Below, piece after piece: positions 38,840 to 55,168 of a DNA stretch of 64,000 nucleotides; the first letter of the stretch is position 1, and each line of letters begins with the position of its first letter. A model generated the notes under the pieces. The model did not search any database, was not told where the DNA came from, and saw only the letters and a program-made list of their open reading frames with translations. The stretch lies in the NCBI GenBank assembly GCA_963693365.1, contig CAVNZM010000009.1:9862243-9926242 (forward strand). The letters run 5' to 3'. A program made the position numbers and the translations under genes. The stretch is from Amoebidium appalachense. Taxonomy: Eukaryota > Protista > Ichthyosporea.

Positions 38840-39138
38840 GCTAGGTGGTGGAGGGGGAGGCTGAGTGTTTTTTTCTCTCAATGGCAGCAAAGGCCGTGTG
38901 CTCACATTTCTCAGGAGCAGGCGTGGAGGCAAGCAACCAGCAGAGGCAGAAGATGGACTGACCAATCACCAGCCGGATGACCAAATAAGGTAAGTGTTCA
39001 TTGATTAGGGGGTGTCCGGGCGGGCCTTAGTCGATCTATAATTGATTTATGATATCTAACTTTGATGTTTGAAGTTTGATGGAAGTTTAAAATCTAATTG
39101 ATGTTTGAAACCTAATAAAATCTAATCCGATCGCCAAG

Positions 39139-39139
<1 letters not shown>

Positions 39140-39183
<44 letters not shown>
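39140..39183. repeat. (AT)n microsatellite within an AT-rich ATCTAAT-repeat block
   Basis: Seen directly. Confidence 0.85.
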
Positions 39184-39185
<2 letters not shown>

Positions 39186-41050
39186 CTAATCAAAGTTTGC
39201 TGCATAATATCTAATCGACACTCGAATCTTAATCGAAGTTCAAAATGGTGCCCCCAGTGCACTGTCCCTCCTCGTTCTTAGCTGTCAACTCGGCATACAA
39301 ATTGATATACCCCCCCGCCCCTTCCCCCCCCTCCCCCCCCCCCCCTCCCCCCCCCCCCCTTCCCCCCCCCCCCCCCCTTCGCTCCCCCTTTTTTTTTTTG
39401 CAGGGACAAGCCGACCCCCACCACTGCATTTAAACGGCCTCCTCTGAGTGGTTGACTAATGAGTCATCATGTCTGCTGGATGGAAGGACTCTCAAGGGCC
39501 GCCGGCTGAACTTTTAAACTGAGCGGATGTTTGCGGCATAAGTGGAAGGTGTTTGTGTGAAATATGAATGGTCATTTCTCAGGGAATGTAGGCAAGTTGT
39601 GAAATTCAAGGTATATCTAGTGGAAATTCGGAGACATGAGAGGCCATATCTAATGCCATGTATGCATGTACTAGGCAGGTGGTGAAAAATAGTGAGTGGA
39701 AAGTTTGATAATATAGACACATGAGATGTGATTTTTCAGGGCATGTAGGTGTGCTTGAGTCTATATACCTTTATATGGCCGGTATCGCGGACGCATGTTC
39801 ACGTCTGTGTGTTACTTAAGTATTGCTGTGGTGCCATGATCACGTGATATTCATCGCATGACAAACGGTTTAAGTATTATTCAAAATTTAAAAGATCATA
39901 CTGTTGAACATGATGAATGCACGGATTGGGACAGAAGAAGTATATAGTGCAGATGCTTATACGGTTTAAATTAATCAATGGCATGTACTGGAGTGTTTAT
40001 ATAAAATTTGTGCGACTCAATATAATGTGATGTCATTACTGATAACTTGTGCTGTAGCCATTTGGTGTAGTCACTGTAATAAAACAACACTGACATTTTC
40101 TATGTATTAACAAGTCAACATCATAAAAAAGACATATTTTAGTGTGTATTATGTATCATACATACCGTTGCCTCAGCGATACTATACCGCCATACACAAT
40201 ATGTCTGCATATGTTGTCTGTACTTGTAGTCCTTTACGACTGTATTTGCCTTTAATGGTACACTACATAACACAAATATGTGCTCACAATGTGGTATAAT
40301 CATACCAAATCAAAATAAAAAGAAAAGCAGCAATGCATGTCCATGATTGATTTGCATTTTGTCCATTCCGCATAACTTGACTAGCTTGGGCCTGAAGACC
40401 TGTTGTTGCCAAATAAAGAATCCCCCCAGCCCCCCTCCCCCTTCCCCCCCCCCCCCCCCCCCAAGGGGGCACAAAAAAAAAAAAAAAACCGGAAAGAAAG
40501 AAAGAAAGAAAGAAAGAAAAAGGAAGAACGAACGGGGGAAAAAAACCTGATTAAAAAAATTAGGCAGTACAATCCTGACTTCTTATCGAGTATACAAAGG
40601 GTGAGGGAGATTGGTAAATGTGTAGAGCCTTTACATTTTCACTACCTTAGACTCTAAGGAACACGTAGCCATAACTTCATAAAGAAATCCCCCCCCCCCC
40701 CCCCCCCCCCCCCTCCCCCCCCCCCCCCCCCTCCCCCTCCCCCGCCCGTCCGCCTGCCCGCCCGCCCGCCCGCCCGCCCGCTGTCACCTGTCATCAAGGC
40801 AGGAATAATGTTGGGCCCACATCATATGATTTCTTTCGCTCACCCACACCCCCAACGAACCAACTGGGCCAGATCATCCAATTCCTTTCTCACGACCTAC
40901 AACGATGCTTGCATACATTCCAACTTTTCTGTCACCGTATTGCATCAGACCGACTCAATGACTTCAGTCTTTTTCGCTTTATCATGTCGATCAAAATAGT
41001 ATATCTGCTCATCTCAGTCCAGGACGGGTGGTGGGGGTGTCTGAATCGTG

Positions 41051-42239
41051 TTAGTTAATTTTGCTTTGGTCACTGGATGAAGGAATGGAGGGCAAATGTT
41101 GCAGCTCGTACCCGTACTGTTTCGGGCAAAAGTTTGTAGCCGGTGGGTGTCCGCGGGGTTCAGTTTTTGCCCATCGTGCCAACACATCTCGATCGTAGGC
41201 TTGCCCGGCCTGTAGTGCTGTTGTAAAGGAACCAACAAAAGTAGGTTCAGGCTGTACTGCATATTCTTGGCCCGACCCGGAACAGAACAAAGTACGCTTA
41301 CCCTCGGGGTAAATCAAATCCGTTTGCAAGCATCCGCGTGCCCGATAACGAAACCCGTCCTTTTCACGATGTACACCAATACAACCATCCCTCTCGGCTT
41401 CTTTTTTAGTGAGATAGTCACTCTCTTTCGGAAAGTTCATCTGTGGGATTTTTCTTTTTTTCGTTATTTCCAATTTCCGGATTGCTTCGTCTCTTGCTAG
41501 TGCCGCTTCTATATTGGTGGAATAGAATGCCGTATACTGCCGAACCCCGTGTTTGTCACTGTATGTTCCCCACCATAACTTTTTTCTCGCTCCCATATCC
41601 TGGAAATGCACACCGATATATTCCTTCGGTGTAGTATGCGGTGATACTTTGGATTCCCACCACTCTCCCACCCATTTGTGGTCATTTTCCGTAGCTGCTA
41701 TAGGTTTGACCGCTGATAAGCCCAGAAAGACGTTTTTCAACACCAAGTGTTTCGGTGCCATAAGCCCATTGTTCACCAAGTAATCTATAGTAATATCTCG
41801 CTTCCACACAGCCTCGTGTTCCGAATTGAAATACCCCACATCAAAACTTCCTATCTGAGCCCTCCATTTTTGAGTGGATTTTTGCCATTGCACGCCGACG
41901 TATGCGCGTTCAACAACCGTTACAACAATTCCGATTGCAAATGTGCGGATCTGTCCCAGGGGCATGGGTGTGCGCGGGAATGTGGCCTGTGTAAACAAGA
42001 GGTCAGAATGTGTGGGTTCGAATTCACTGGTGAAACAATAAAGATACATGTATACGTTTGCATGTGTTTGTGTGTGTGTGTTCTTGGGTGGTAATGGTAT
42101 AGGTTAGTAGTGCATACGAAAAACGATAACAAAGATGGGAGAGGGTCCGTGGTGTTTCCCTGAAAGAGAAATCTTCTGGGAAAACAAATACAAAAAGTGA
42201 CAGATAAAAGGTAGGGCGGGGCGGGGCGGGGCGGGCGGG

Positions 42240-42273
<34 letters not shown>

Positions 42274-42397
42274 TGAGATGATAAAAAGATAGCATGATTG
42301 TGCTAATTTGGGGGCACCAAAGCCAGATCGAGAAGGCAGCTACAATCAAGTGCTTAACCACCTACAACGAGAGCAAGGACACCGTAGAGAGGAGTTT

Positions 42398-42489
<92 letters not shown>

Positions 42490-42953
42490 AGGGGGGGGGG
42501 GGGGGGGGGGAATACCTCCGAGCACTTCACGCCATGTGAAAAATGGACAAAAGTGTTGGGTTGAAGCACACGCACAGGGGGACGGGTGTGGCTCACTTGG
42601 GATTACAAATGGTGAGGAGGTGTACAACGGTGAAGCAGGCAAAAAGGGAAAGGGAAGGGCAGGGCGAAGAAGATCCAAATAAAACATCAAGTGGTAAAAG
42701 AGATAGTGTGGTTGGCTATGGTGTATGTTTTTGTGCCTGTGTGCGCGTACGGGCATGCGCACCTGCTTTATTTCTTCTTCTTTCCCAAGGGGGTTTGGGG
42801 GAGGGGGGGGAGGGGGAGGGGGGGGGGGGGGGAGGGGGGGACGTGACGAATTAAAAAACATCCCCAGTTGGTGCCCGACCACATCTCCTTCACCCACTCC
42901 TGCCCCCTCCCCCTCCCCCCTCCTTCCCCCCTCCCCCTTCCTCCTCGCCCATG

Positions 42954-43045
<92 letters not shown>

Positions 43046-43184
43046 AACCCTCATTCCTTTCCCCTTCCATCTCCCACCCCCATCACCACCACCGCCATTC
43101 ACTATGCTTTGCCCCCTCCCTCCCCCGGGGCCCTCCCCCGTACACACAATCCCCATTTCTACCGTAAGAATTAATCTAGGAACC

Positions 43185-43215
<31 letters not shown>

Positions 43216-43318
43216 ACCCCCGTGAACGAAATCGGGAAAAGGTCACAAAATCGGTGGATGGGAGAAACACAACAACCCAACGTTCATAAAACACACATTT
43301 GGGGACATTGGCAACCCG

Positions 43319-43358
<40 letters not shown>

Positions 43359-44502
43359 GGAAAGGGGCGGGGTAAGAGGAGGGGTAAGAAGGAGAGGGGG
43401 GGGGGGGGGGGGGGCAGGAAGGGGGTAAGCGGAGGGAGAGCGGGGGGGGGGGGGGGGGGGGGGGGGGTCCTCATGCTTGCCATTTGAATTTCTATCTTTG
43501 TTCCTACCTGTTGATTGGCCAAGCGTGTGCATGGACCGGAGCCCATAATGTAATTTGCGCTTGCAGGGTGCTGATTGGTTGACGGCCGAACCAATCGAAA
43601 TGCCTGGTGACAATAAATCAGTCATACAGTATGTGCCTTAGAGGTTCGTGGACTTAAAAACGGAAGGGTGTGGGTGGGGGGGTGGGGGTTGAGATCCCTG
43701 TGGTAGTTTAACTTCTGGTTTTTAAATTTGCCTTGAGCCCCCCCCCCCCCCCCCTCCCCCCGGGAAAAAAAAATTAAAAAAAAAGGGGAAATCATACACC
43801 AAATGCAAATATCATCACATATATGTGTCCAGAACGCAGACAGCCCAATCTCCGATTCCACAGGGGGAAAGGTGAGTTGAGGAGAAAGAGAGAGAAAAGG
43901 AGGCCGGGGGAGGGGGGGGGGGGGGGGATAGGCAGAGAGGGAACAGGGAGACGCGTGAGACGGGGAGAGGGAGAGGCGGGAGGCGGGGAGAGGGGGAGAG
44001 GGGGAGAGGGGGAGAGGGGGAGAGGGGGAGAGGGGAAATAAGGAGAGGGGCAGAGGGGGAGAGGGGAAATAAGGAGAGGGGGAAAGGCGGAGACGAGGAG
44101 GGGGAGAGAGGCGGAGAAAGGGTGGGGGCAATAGGGGGGAGCAGGGTTGAGAGGGAAGGAGGGGGAGGGGGGGAGGGGGGGGGGGGGGGGGGAGGGGAGG
44201 CGGGGAGGCGGGAGGGGGGAAGGGGGACGGGGAGCGGGAAGAAGAGGGGAAGGGGAGGGGGAGGGGGAGGGGGAGGAGAAGGGGAGACGGGAAGGGGGGA
44301 GGGAGGGAGGGGAGGGAGGGGGGAAGGGGGGGGGGGGGGGGGGGGGGGGGGGAAGAGAGAAGGGGGTGATGGGGGAGAGAGGGGGAGGGGGGAGGAGGGG
44401 GGAGGGGGGAGCACGTACCCCGAAAATGTGCTTTTGCACGACGTTTGGTGTCAGATAGATCCGGCCCACAGCAATGGACGAAAAAAGGTGCCGAAACGCC
44501 AT
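41051..44502 (-). CDS. Triple AP2-domain protein, paralog B, with putative mitochondrial presequence
   Basis: Exons 44419-44502 ([28 protein letters not shown]), 43508-43603, 42516-42595 and 41051-41986. Three AP2 repeats: [36 protein letters not shown]; YIGV...WWGTY...[16 protein letters not shown]...MNFP; CIGV...[19 protein letters not shown]...TNF. Exon 2 is 1 nt shorter than in paralog A (in a G run), so it is either a sequencing error or a disabling frameshift. Additional small exons near 42110-42360 are possible. Confidence 0.78.
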
Positions 44503-45979
44503 GTTGATGGGCAGACAACGGGACGTGTAGAAATTGTTTGTCGTTGATCTAGAATGAAATAGATTGGTTAGTTTCTTTGCTACGCTCGGAATCCTGTTCT
44601 ATTGAATGGTGGTGGGTGTTGTTTAGGGAGTAGAAATCCCCCCCCCCCCCCCCCCCCCCCCGGGTAAAACACCGTCAAATCTCCCTCACCTCCCCTCCAC
44701 TCTCCCAAATCCACCTACAGCGTCTTTTTAACACACCCGCCCCAGCCCCAAAAAAGGAATGAGAAAGAAAGAGATGGTAAAAGAAGGTCTACTCCGAAAT
44801 GTCATCCGCAGGGGGGGGGGGGGGGGGGGAAGGCTTCAGCCCACCTTCTCACACACCCCCTGCCCCATGGCTTCCTGCATCTTTGAAGATTTTTCTCGGA
44901 GTCGATTAAACGATTGTTTCAGCGAAAACAAATTCTTAAAATGGCTGAAGACGTGAGAAATAGGAGGGGCACACGAGGTTGCAAGGAAGACGGGAAAAGC
45001 GAGTGAAAGCGCTAAATTGCAGGTGTGGGAAGAGTGAGGGCCTTGAAGAGAAAAGTGAGGGTGGGAGAGTGTGTGACAGGGAGAGAATCAGGGTAGATGG
45101 AAGATCAGTTAGAGCGGATATTTTTTTTTTTGCTTTTTGGAATTGTGTGTGTGTGTAAATGCCCTGGAGGCGTGGGGATTGGGTTGAAGTGGGGCCGTGT
45201 GTGGGGAGTGGGGGGATGGGTGCGCGGGGAGGAGGGGGGGAGGGTGTTGAGGTGGGAGGGGGTGGGGGGGGGGGGGGAGGGGGGCGGAGCGGGGGAAGGG
45301 GAGGGGGGGGAGGGGAGGGGGGGGGGGGGGGGAGACCTTTTTTCCGCTTGTCAAAAGACCGGCATGCACCCTTTGGTGACAACAAAAGAGAGGCTTCGTT
45401 TAACTATTTTGTGCAAAAAGCAGAATTCGACCGTAGCATACACTGCAAACCCTGTGAAATACTGGACAAACACTCACCTTTATCAGTCTAAGAATGAGTG
45501 ACAGGAGCTGTGTAAGTTAAACACCCGTAAACTATTACAGTGGTGACTGATTTTGGACTAGGTTTTTTTGCTTGTTTTTAAAGGCTTTGGTACAGCTGTC
45601 AGTCTGGGCTAAAAAAAAATAAAAGAAAATAAAAGAAAAAAAGAAAACTGACTGTCGAGGGTACATAAGAGGCCTGTCACATTTACGGCTGCTCATAGCA
45701 AACACGAATCGTGAAATCTGCGGAGAGACAGTGACACGTGACACGAGCAGATGGCTTGGAGCCTTGTAGGCGGGCGTATCGATGGTTTGTAAAGCTCTCA
45801 GTTTCTATTTTTTATTTTTTGAAAACCCGTAGCGGCGGCAGGGCCTCTATGATTAGTCTGCTGGTAGGGGGTGTTTAAATATGTTTTTTTTCTTTTTATT
45901 TTTTCATCCATTTACTTATTTTTGTATCTGTGTGTGGAGAGGGGCTGGAGGGTGGGGGAGGGGGGGGGGGGGGGGGGGG

Positions 45980-46591
45980 GGGGAGGGAGCATAACCACGA
46001 TCGACCGACAGTTGCGCACGTGCTCTGTAGCAAAAAAGCAAGCACGGGCTTCGATCTGTGATGTTTGGAGATCTATTTGGAGCCGAGATACTATTGACTG
46101 AAGCGGAGCGGATGTCCCAAAACACGAAAATGCACACGGGTGTCTCTCACACCTTCACTGCGTCCCACCGTGCTGAACCTACATGTGTGGCTGTGTGGCG
46201 AAACGTGTGGTGTTACGGATGGTTGCAAATCAAGCAGGCACCACAAGGAGTGTGAGATACTGCAGTGTGGAATAGCATTGTTCTTACCGTAGGCTATAGT
46301 GATTTGATCACTTTATTTGGAAATCTTACCGTAGGCTATAGTGATTTAATTACTTTATTATTTCACAAAAGACACACGAATTCAAAGTTGTTAGGAGCGA
46401 GTATTTTAGATTACATTATAACAGATATCGGTTTTCGTATTCTTTTGAACTTGCACTTGCGCGGGTGTAGACTAAGTGAGAAACGGCACAAAAGCTAGGG
46501 GATACTAAGCCCTTATGATTAGTTTTTTTTACTCTTTTAGAAGCAGCTGAACGTGAGACGAACCGCGGCATCCAAAAAAAGTAACCCCCCC

Positions 46592-46623
<32 letters not shown>

Positions 46624-46807
46624 ACCCTGGAGGCACGGACCCCCCCCTCCCCCCCCCCCCCCCAAAAAAAAAAAAAACCCGCTTTCCCTCAGGCTGCTTG
46701 CTTCCTTTCGACAAGTGGATGAAGGAAGATTCGATCCCCTAAACTTCAGTCGATGTAGGTTCAGCCCCCGCCCCCTCCCCCCTCCCCCCCCCCCCCCCAT
46801 TATTTAA

Positions 46808-46839
<32 letters not shown>

Positions 46840-48953
46840 CCCCCCCCCCCCCCCCCCCCCCCCCCAATATCCCCGTTCAAAGTTCCCCCTCCCCCCTCCC
46901 CCCAAATCACCCATTATCTCTCTTTCTTCCCCCCCCCCCCCCCCCCCCATATCACCCATATCACATTTCTGTCTCTCTCTCCTCGCCCCCCCCCTTACCC
47001 CCCTTATCACCGATTATCTCCTCTCTCCCCCTCCCTTCCCCGGGGCCCCCCTTTGCTTCAGATATCACCCCCCATATCACCCATTCCCCCCCCCCCCCCC
47101 CCCCCATCATTTTTCACCTCCTTTCCTGCGTTCTTTCATCCTTTTTCTCATATCGTCTCTAGTGGCACCCGACTTGGCCCAAAAATATCCTCATAAATGC
47201 CTCCCCCCCCCCCCCCCCCCCCCCCCCCCAATTTAGACAAAGTATCACGATCGTAAGTGGAAGCCACACTCCATCTAGTACGGCCGACTCGGTGAACTGC
47301 AGGCGTCTCGGTTTTCCAAGTATTTAATTTATATGGTGCAAGTGAGTGTTTAGCAAATGAAAGGGTTATGTTAAACCAAAAGCATTTATGCCTGTATGAA
47401 TTAATCAGACTGTCGTGTCCATTTATAGCAGACCAATCATGATTGCCTGTTGCTATTGGGCCGAATGTGAATCCCTCTCTGTAGGAGGATTTCAGACGTG
47501 AGAAACACAGCTGGCTGGTCTCAGTCTGTGAAATAGAGTGCTACCATCTCCTTCCCTCCCCCTCCCCCCCCCCCCCCCCCCCTCCCTCCCCTCCCCGGTC
47601 TTGCTCTTAGTCTCAACTTTCCCTTCCCCCTTACCCCGTTTACTCCCTCCTATCCTGCCTCCCCATGATCCTTTATTGCTACTTCCCTTGTGCACCTAGG
47701 CTGCAGCCCCCCCCCCCCCCCCCCCCCCCCCCCCCCTTCTCCCCCTTCCTCCCTCCCACCCCTCTCCCCCGACTTAACCACTCCACCCCACGTGACTGTG
47801 TAGCCTAAACAAATCACAAGCCGGTGTCCCCCGTGTTCAAGTGAACTACTCTCGTTTCAATTCCGAAACCCAGCATCCCACCCTCCCCCTCTCCCTTCCC
47901 TCTCCGGATACCCTTGCCAATCTAATGTTATTAGATACGTGCCTCTCGAACTCATTCCCTAATATCAATCCCTATGCTGTTTAATGTTCCGTAGTTAATA
48001 CGTCCTCATTGACTGGTTACTATTGTAAAGCAGAGCACTAAATTATTCTTTAATAACTCCCCCCCCCCCCCCCCCCACCTTCCCCCACCCGCCATCCATC
48101 CACCTGCCCAACACACACGCGCACATGTGCGCACATGCACATGACAGGCACATGCACACGGCGCACAGTGTCACGCGCGCACACACACAGACATGCACAC
48201 GGGCACACACGCACATCCACATTCACGCACACACACACACACGTGCGCGTGCACGGGTGCACGAACGCACGCACGCATGTGCGCACACGCAGACACGCAC
48301 ACGCGCATACACACACACACATACACGTGCACAGGTGCACACGTGTACACACGACAGTTAAACCCCTCCAAAATCTGAGATAATCACCAAATAATAATCC
48401 ATTCTATCCCAACCTCTACTCCTTCCCCCCCCCCCCCCCCCCCCAACTTGAGTCACACATCTTCACCGTATTGTATTGTTTCCCCTTTATACACTCACAT
48501 AAGCTTGGCATGGTGAACTCATCAGTGCATGTCTGTTCAAACCGTTCCGAACTCAATAGTTCCTGGTTTGTTTAGCTACCTGCCTATGTGTTTTCCTGTT
48601 AGATTTAGAATGCTCATTGGGTCTATGAACTGGGAATAGGCCACCCAATTCGGTAGCCAGAAAGAGAAAGGTTCTTCAATGAAAAATAATCGAGAAAGTG
48701 GAGGTAGGTATATATAAGGTCTAGATAAAATGCAGTTTTTATGCTATCCTGAGAGAGGGTATTCCCTTTGCAGGCAGTTTTTGATCCGATCGATTGTGGC
48801 ATTATAAATGGAATCCCGGCTGCAATCACTGATCTGCCAATCTCAAGTCCATCCCATGCCCTATACAATACATGCGTAAATCTACCCCGTGCCTGTGATT
48901 TAGATCTAATTAGGCATACGAAATTACAAGAACTTTTTCCCACTGAACCTTGC

Positions 48954-48988
<35 letters not shown>

Positions 48989-49238
48989 CAACTTCCTCCC
49001 TGCCTCAACCTTCCCCAGCCTCGAAGCGAGCTTTGATGCCAGATAATGCTGGAAGAAACAAGGTGGAATGCAGGGCGGATAAAGGTATATTACTGTAACA
49101 GAAATATTCCTTAACCCCCCCCCCCCCCACCCCCCACCCTCCCAACTTCCTCCCTGCCTCAACCTTCCCCAGCTTCGAAGCGAGCTTTGATGCCAGATAA
49201 TGCTGGAAGAAACAAGGTGGAATGCAGGGCGGATAAAG
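45980..49238 (+). pseudogene. Decayed paralog of the M13 peptidase gene
   Basis: ~46700-46754 reads DKWMKEDSIP-NFSR|gtaggt versus NKWIKENPIPKNFSR|gtaggt at 57440-57484. 48775-48875 reads AVFDPI...AAITDL..KSI..ALYNT|gt versus exon 59578-59682, with frameshifts. Upstream noncoding 45985-46130 is homologous to 55512-55646. Confidence 0.8.
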
Positions 49239-49270
49239 GTATATTACTGTAACAGAAATATTCCTTAACC
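48987..49270. repeat. ~130-bp near-identical tandem duplication
   Basis: CCCAACTTCCTCCCTGCCTCAACC...CAGAAATATTCCTTAACC occurs at ~48987-49116 and ~49141-49270, with one substitution (CAGCCTCG/CAGCTTCG). Confidence 0.9.
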
Positions 49271-49559
49271 CCCCCCCCCCCCCCCCCTTCCCCCCCCCCC
49301 CCCCCCAAAAAAAAAGGAACGAAAGAAAAGGGAAAGTAGGAAAGTAACCACACCACGGGCCTCCAAACCCTCCCCCCTCCCCCCCCCCCCTCCCCCCTCC
49401 CTCCTCCCCTCCCACCCCCTTTGCACCCTCTTCACCTCTTTCATCCTCCCCTTCCCAATACCCGATCCATTCCAACAACTTGAAGTATTGTACGCCATAG
49501 ATTTTATATTCGTGAATAATAAATTTTATTTCAATCGGGGCATCAGACACAACGAGATA

Positions 49560-50045
49560 GTCGCTGGTATACACAGCTTCCCCCGGATTCGGATATTCAA
49601 CGAAATATACCAAAATTTGAATAAGGAGACTCGATTGTAGGACTTCTAAAACTTCATGTATGAACTCAACTACGGGGGTCAATAATCGCTAAATTCTTGG
49701 CCATGTAAGAGTACTAGTAAAGTGCGTAGAAAATATATGACATTTTTTATATTCACCAAATAGTCTAAATAGTGGCATTGGGATAGCGCCGCGTAAATGC
49801 CAGCAAAACGAACAGAAACCGGAAGTTTCAGATCCGCATTGAATCCGAGATATTCCAAATACGAAGACTCAACCATAGGGCTTCTAAAACTTCATGTATG
49901 AACTCACCTACGGCCAGGTCAACAATCGCCGAGTTCTTGTAAGAGTAAAGTGCAAAGAAATGCTACCTCTTTTTGATATTCACTTTTTAGGCTAAGGTAT
50001 ACGTAGTGATATACTGGAATAGCGGGTAAATACCAGCAACCGACA
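49560..50045. repeat. Degenerate ~240-bp tandem repeat
   Basis: CTTCTAAAACTTCATGTATGAACTCA at ~49643 and ~49881, with similar flanks (GTAAAGTGC; GTAAAT(G/A)CCAGCAA). Confidence 0.75.
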
Positions 50046-50955
50046 AAATACACACACACACAAAACACAAACAAGCACACAAGACAAAATCCTTTCGGAA
50101 ACTGGAAAATGTTTCGTGTGCCTCCATCCACATCATCATCTACGGCAAGCCTTCCTCCCAGGGCTTGGCTCACTCTCTCATCTGAAGATGGGACCAGAAC
50201 AACCACCACGGTTTCAACAGTCATCCCCTCCACCTTGTAGCGCCGGTATCTCTCCGGAGTGATGTACACATCCGGATCTAAAAACCCAGTAGGAGAGTCC
50301 TCATAGTCGACAGTAAAAAGCTCCGCGATGAAACCAACCAGGGATTCCAATTTTTTCCGGTCAAAATCTATCCGGTCCGTCCTCGCCAACGTCACAGCGG
50401 CCACATCAAGGTTCCACTGCTTGGGAGCAAGACCCGTGTGAGGGTCAATCATCATCCACACCGCCATGTAGTTGACCCACTTTGTTCCCAAGTTGTATGG
50501 GTGGTCTGGGTCGCAATAGTGTTGAAGAACGAGGGGAACACCGAGGCGAGTGGGAAGAGGGCAACTGTATGTTGCGGAGGTGGATGTGGTTCGGAAAACT
50601 GCAAGAGGTGGAGGTCAGCTGCACATGCCGTGCGTACCCGATCTTTTACTGACAGGCAATTCGCGATCGTAATCATGTCCGGTTCGACGGTTACTGCCAA
50701 ATACGACCATGCCTGTTGTTGTTCCGGGAAAGGTGGGGAAAACATTTCAGGGATGCTGCGGTCTTCTTTCTCATCTGGATCGGCCTGCAGCAGCCCAAAC
50801 TTTTCAAGCTCTGCGAAGAGACTTGACTTGCCCATGGAGTGGTCGGTTGCGGATGTCGCTGCACTGGTATTACGTGCCACGGAAACACTCTCTTCTGAAT
50901 CATTGTCGCTGAGAGGCAGGTTGTCCCATTTGCTGTAGTCTATGGGCTTCGACAT
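49919..50955 (-). CDS. Intronless uncharacterised protein with N-terminal PIDYSKWDNL motif and a MMIDPxTGLAPxxW domain; one frameshift near 50545
   Basis: MSKPIDYSKWDNLPLSDNDSEE resembles the Cdc37-N-type DYSKWD motif. A 1-nt shift joins ...LFPLA to GVPLVLQHYCDPDHPYNLGTKWVNYMAVWMMIDPHTGLAPKQWNLDVAAVTLARTD, a motif set I recall from uncharacterised fungal/protist proteins. The region is free of microsatellites. The C-terminal end is uncertain. Confidence 0.6.
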
Positions 50956-51853
50956 GGTGGACTGATGTGTCAGGGTGCCACGGGCGAGCTTCAAATTGGT
51001 TTGGTTGGTAAATAGAGACTACCTGGTTTGGTTTAAAACTGTATGGGATAACTAGTACTAGTAGGTGCTTAGCGCAATGAGCTCTACTGTACTGGTTTAA
51101 CGGGTAAGAAACCCGGTGTAAGCACTTGTCGGTACAAAACGCTGACCAGCCAGTAGCCAGTACACGGTCACACGGCACAACAAGAACCTAATCTAAACAT
51201 GAAGTCTTGGGTTGTTGCGAGTTCGCCAATAAATTTGATCTGTGGCGACCCACTCCTTACTGTATACCAGTTCAGTCATGAGGTTGCACTTGTTTTTTTT
51301 TCTTTTTCGTGTTCGTGCTTTGATGCGTCAGCCAACACCAACTGTCCATTTAGAAGATGCATGGGGTCGATAACCAAAAGCTTCTATTTTTTGCGCTGGC
51401 TGAGGTTGTGAGCTGGGGTCCATTCGAACTTACATCATGTGGGTTTTGTACGTGGACGCAATGCACTGCTGCGTGGAAACCGTTGCCGCGGATCGAAGCC
51501 AAAAAACGAGTTCGGTTCGTGTCTGCAAACACGTAGAGTAAGCTTGTACTCACCGTCGCTACACCCTCGTTCTCATGTTCATTCGCTCCAAGATTTTGGC
51601 ACCACAAGAAAATAGCATGCACATAATCTGCGTCTGTCTACAAACTGCGAGTGGAGGTGGTATACTGAAAGAGGTTGCAAGCAAATCCTAAACTTGCGAT
51701 TGATTTGGGGAGAATGAGTTCGGTCAAATCAACATGAGCGTGTTGGTTTGCTTGTGAGTTCTCTTCTATTCTCTGGGCAGTCAGCCTCCTCAGGTGGGAA
51801 GGTGGTGCTGGTTCCCAGACTTGTCTTCTCTCACTCGTTTATGCGCTACCCCC

Positions 51854-51900
<47 letters not shown>

Positions 51901-52437
51901 AAAAAAAAAACACATGTACCCCCCCCCCCCCCCCCCCCCCCCGCACACCCTAGGCCTCGCCCTCTCCCTGCCCCTCCCTGGTCCCCGGCACGCTATCGCT
52001 CTTCTCCCGGTCTCTCTATCTTTTACTCCCTGTCTCGTTCCCTCCGCGCTTCTCTCGGATCTCTCGATCTCTACCGTACTTACAAGCTTATGATCAGTAG
52101 GGGCACCCCATCATCCCTCCCTCTCTCCTTCCACCTTTCCCTTTCCCGTACTCCTCCCCATATCCCCAAACTCCCCCCTTACCCTTTCCCGCAACACGCA
52201 CCCCCCGATGCTTCATGCACTGGGGATGAGCCGGGGGGGGGGGGGGATCGGGGGGAGCTTGGGATGAGGATTGAGAATGAGGGGGCGGGACCTTTCCTTC
52301 AAGTACTTGCCCACAAGCAAGGTTTCCTCTCTTGACAGTATTGCTCTGTAAAAAAGCAGAACCCGACTATAGCTATTTATAACTTTATACGATCTAACAC
52401 ATAAAAATCTATGTAATTGTTATACATAGCTCTCATA

Positions 52438-55168
<2,731 letters not shown>

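Noticed and set aside
46283-46360. Two ~42-bp direct repeats (CTTACCGTAGGCTATAGTGATTT), superficially CRISPR-like
   Set aside because: Only two adjacent copies, no unique spacers, eukaryotic context and no cas genes.
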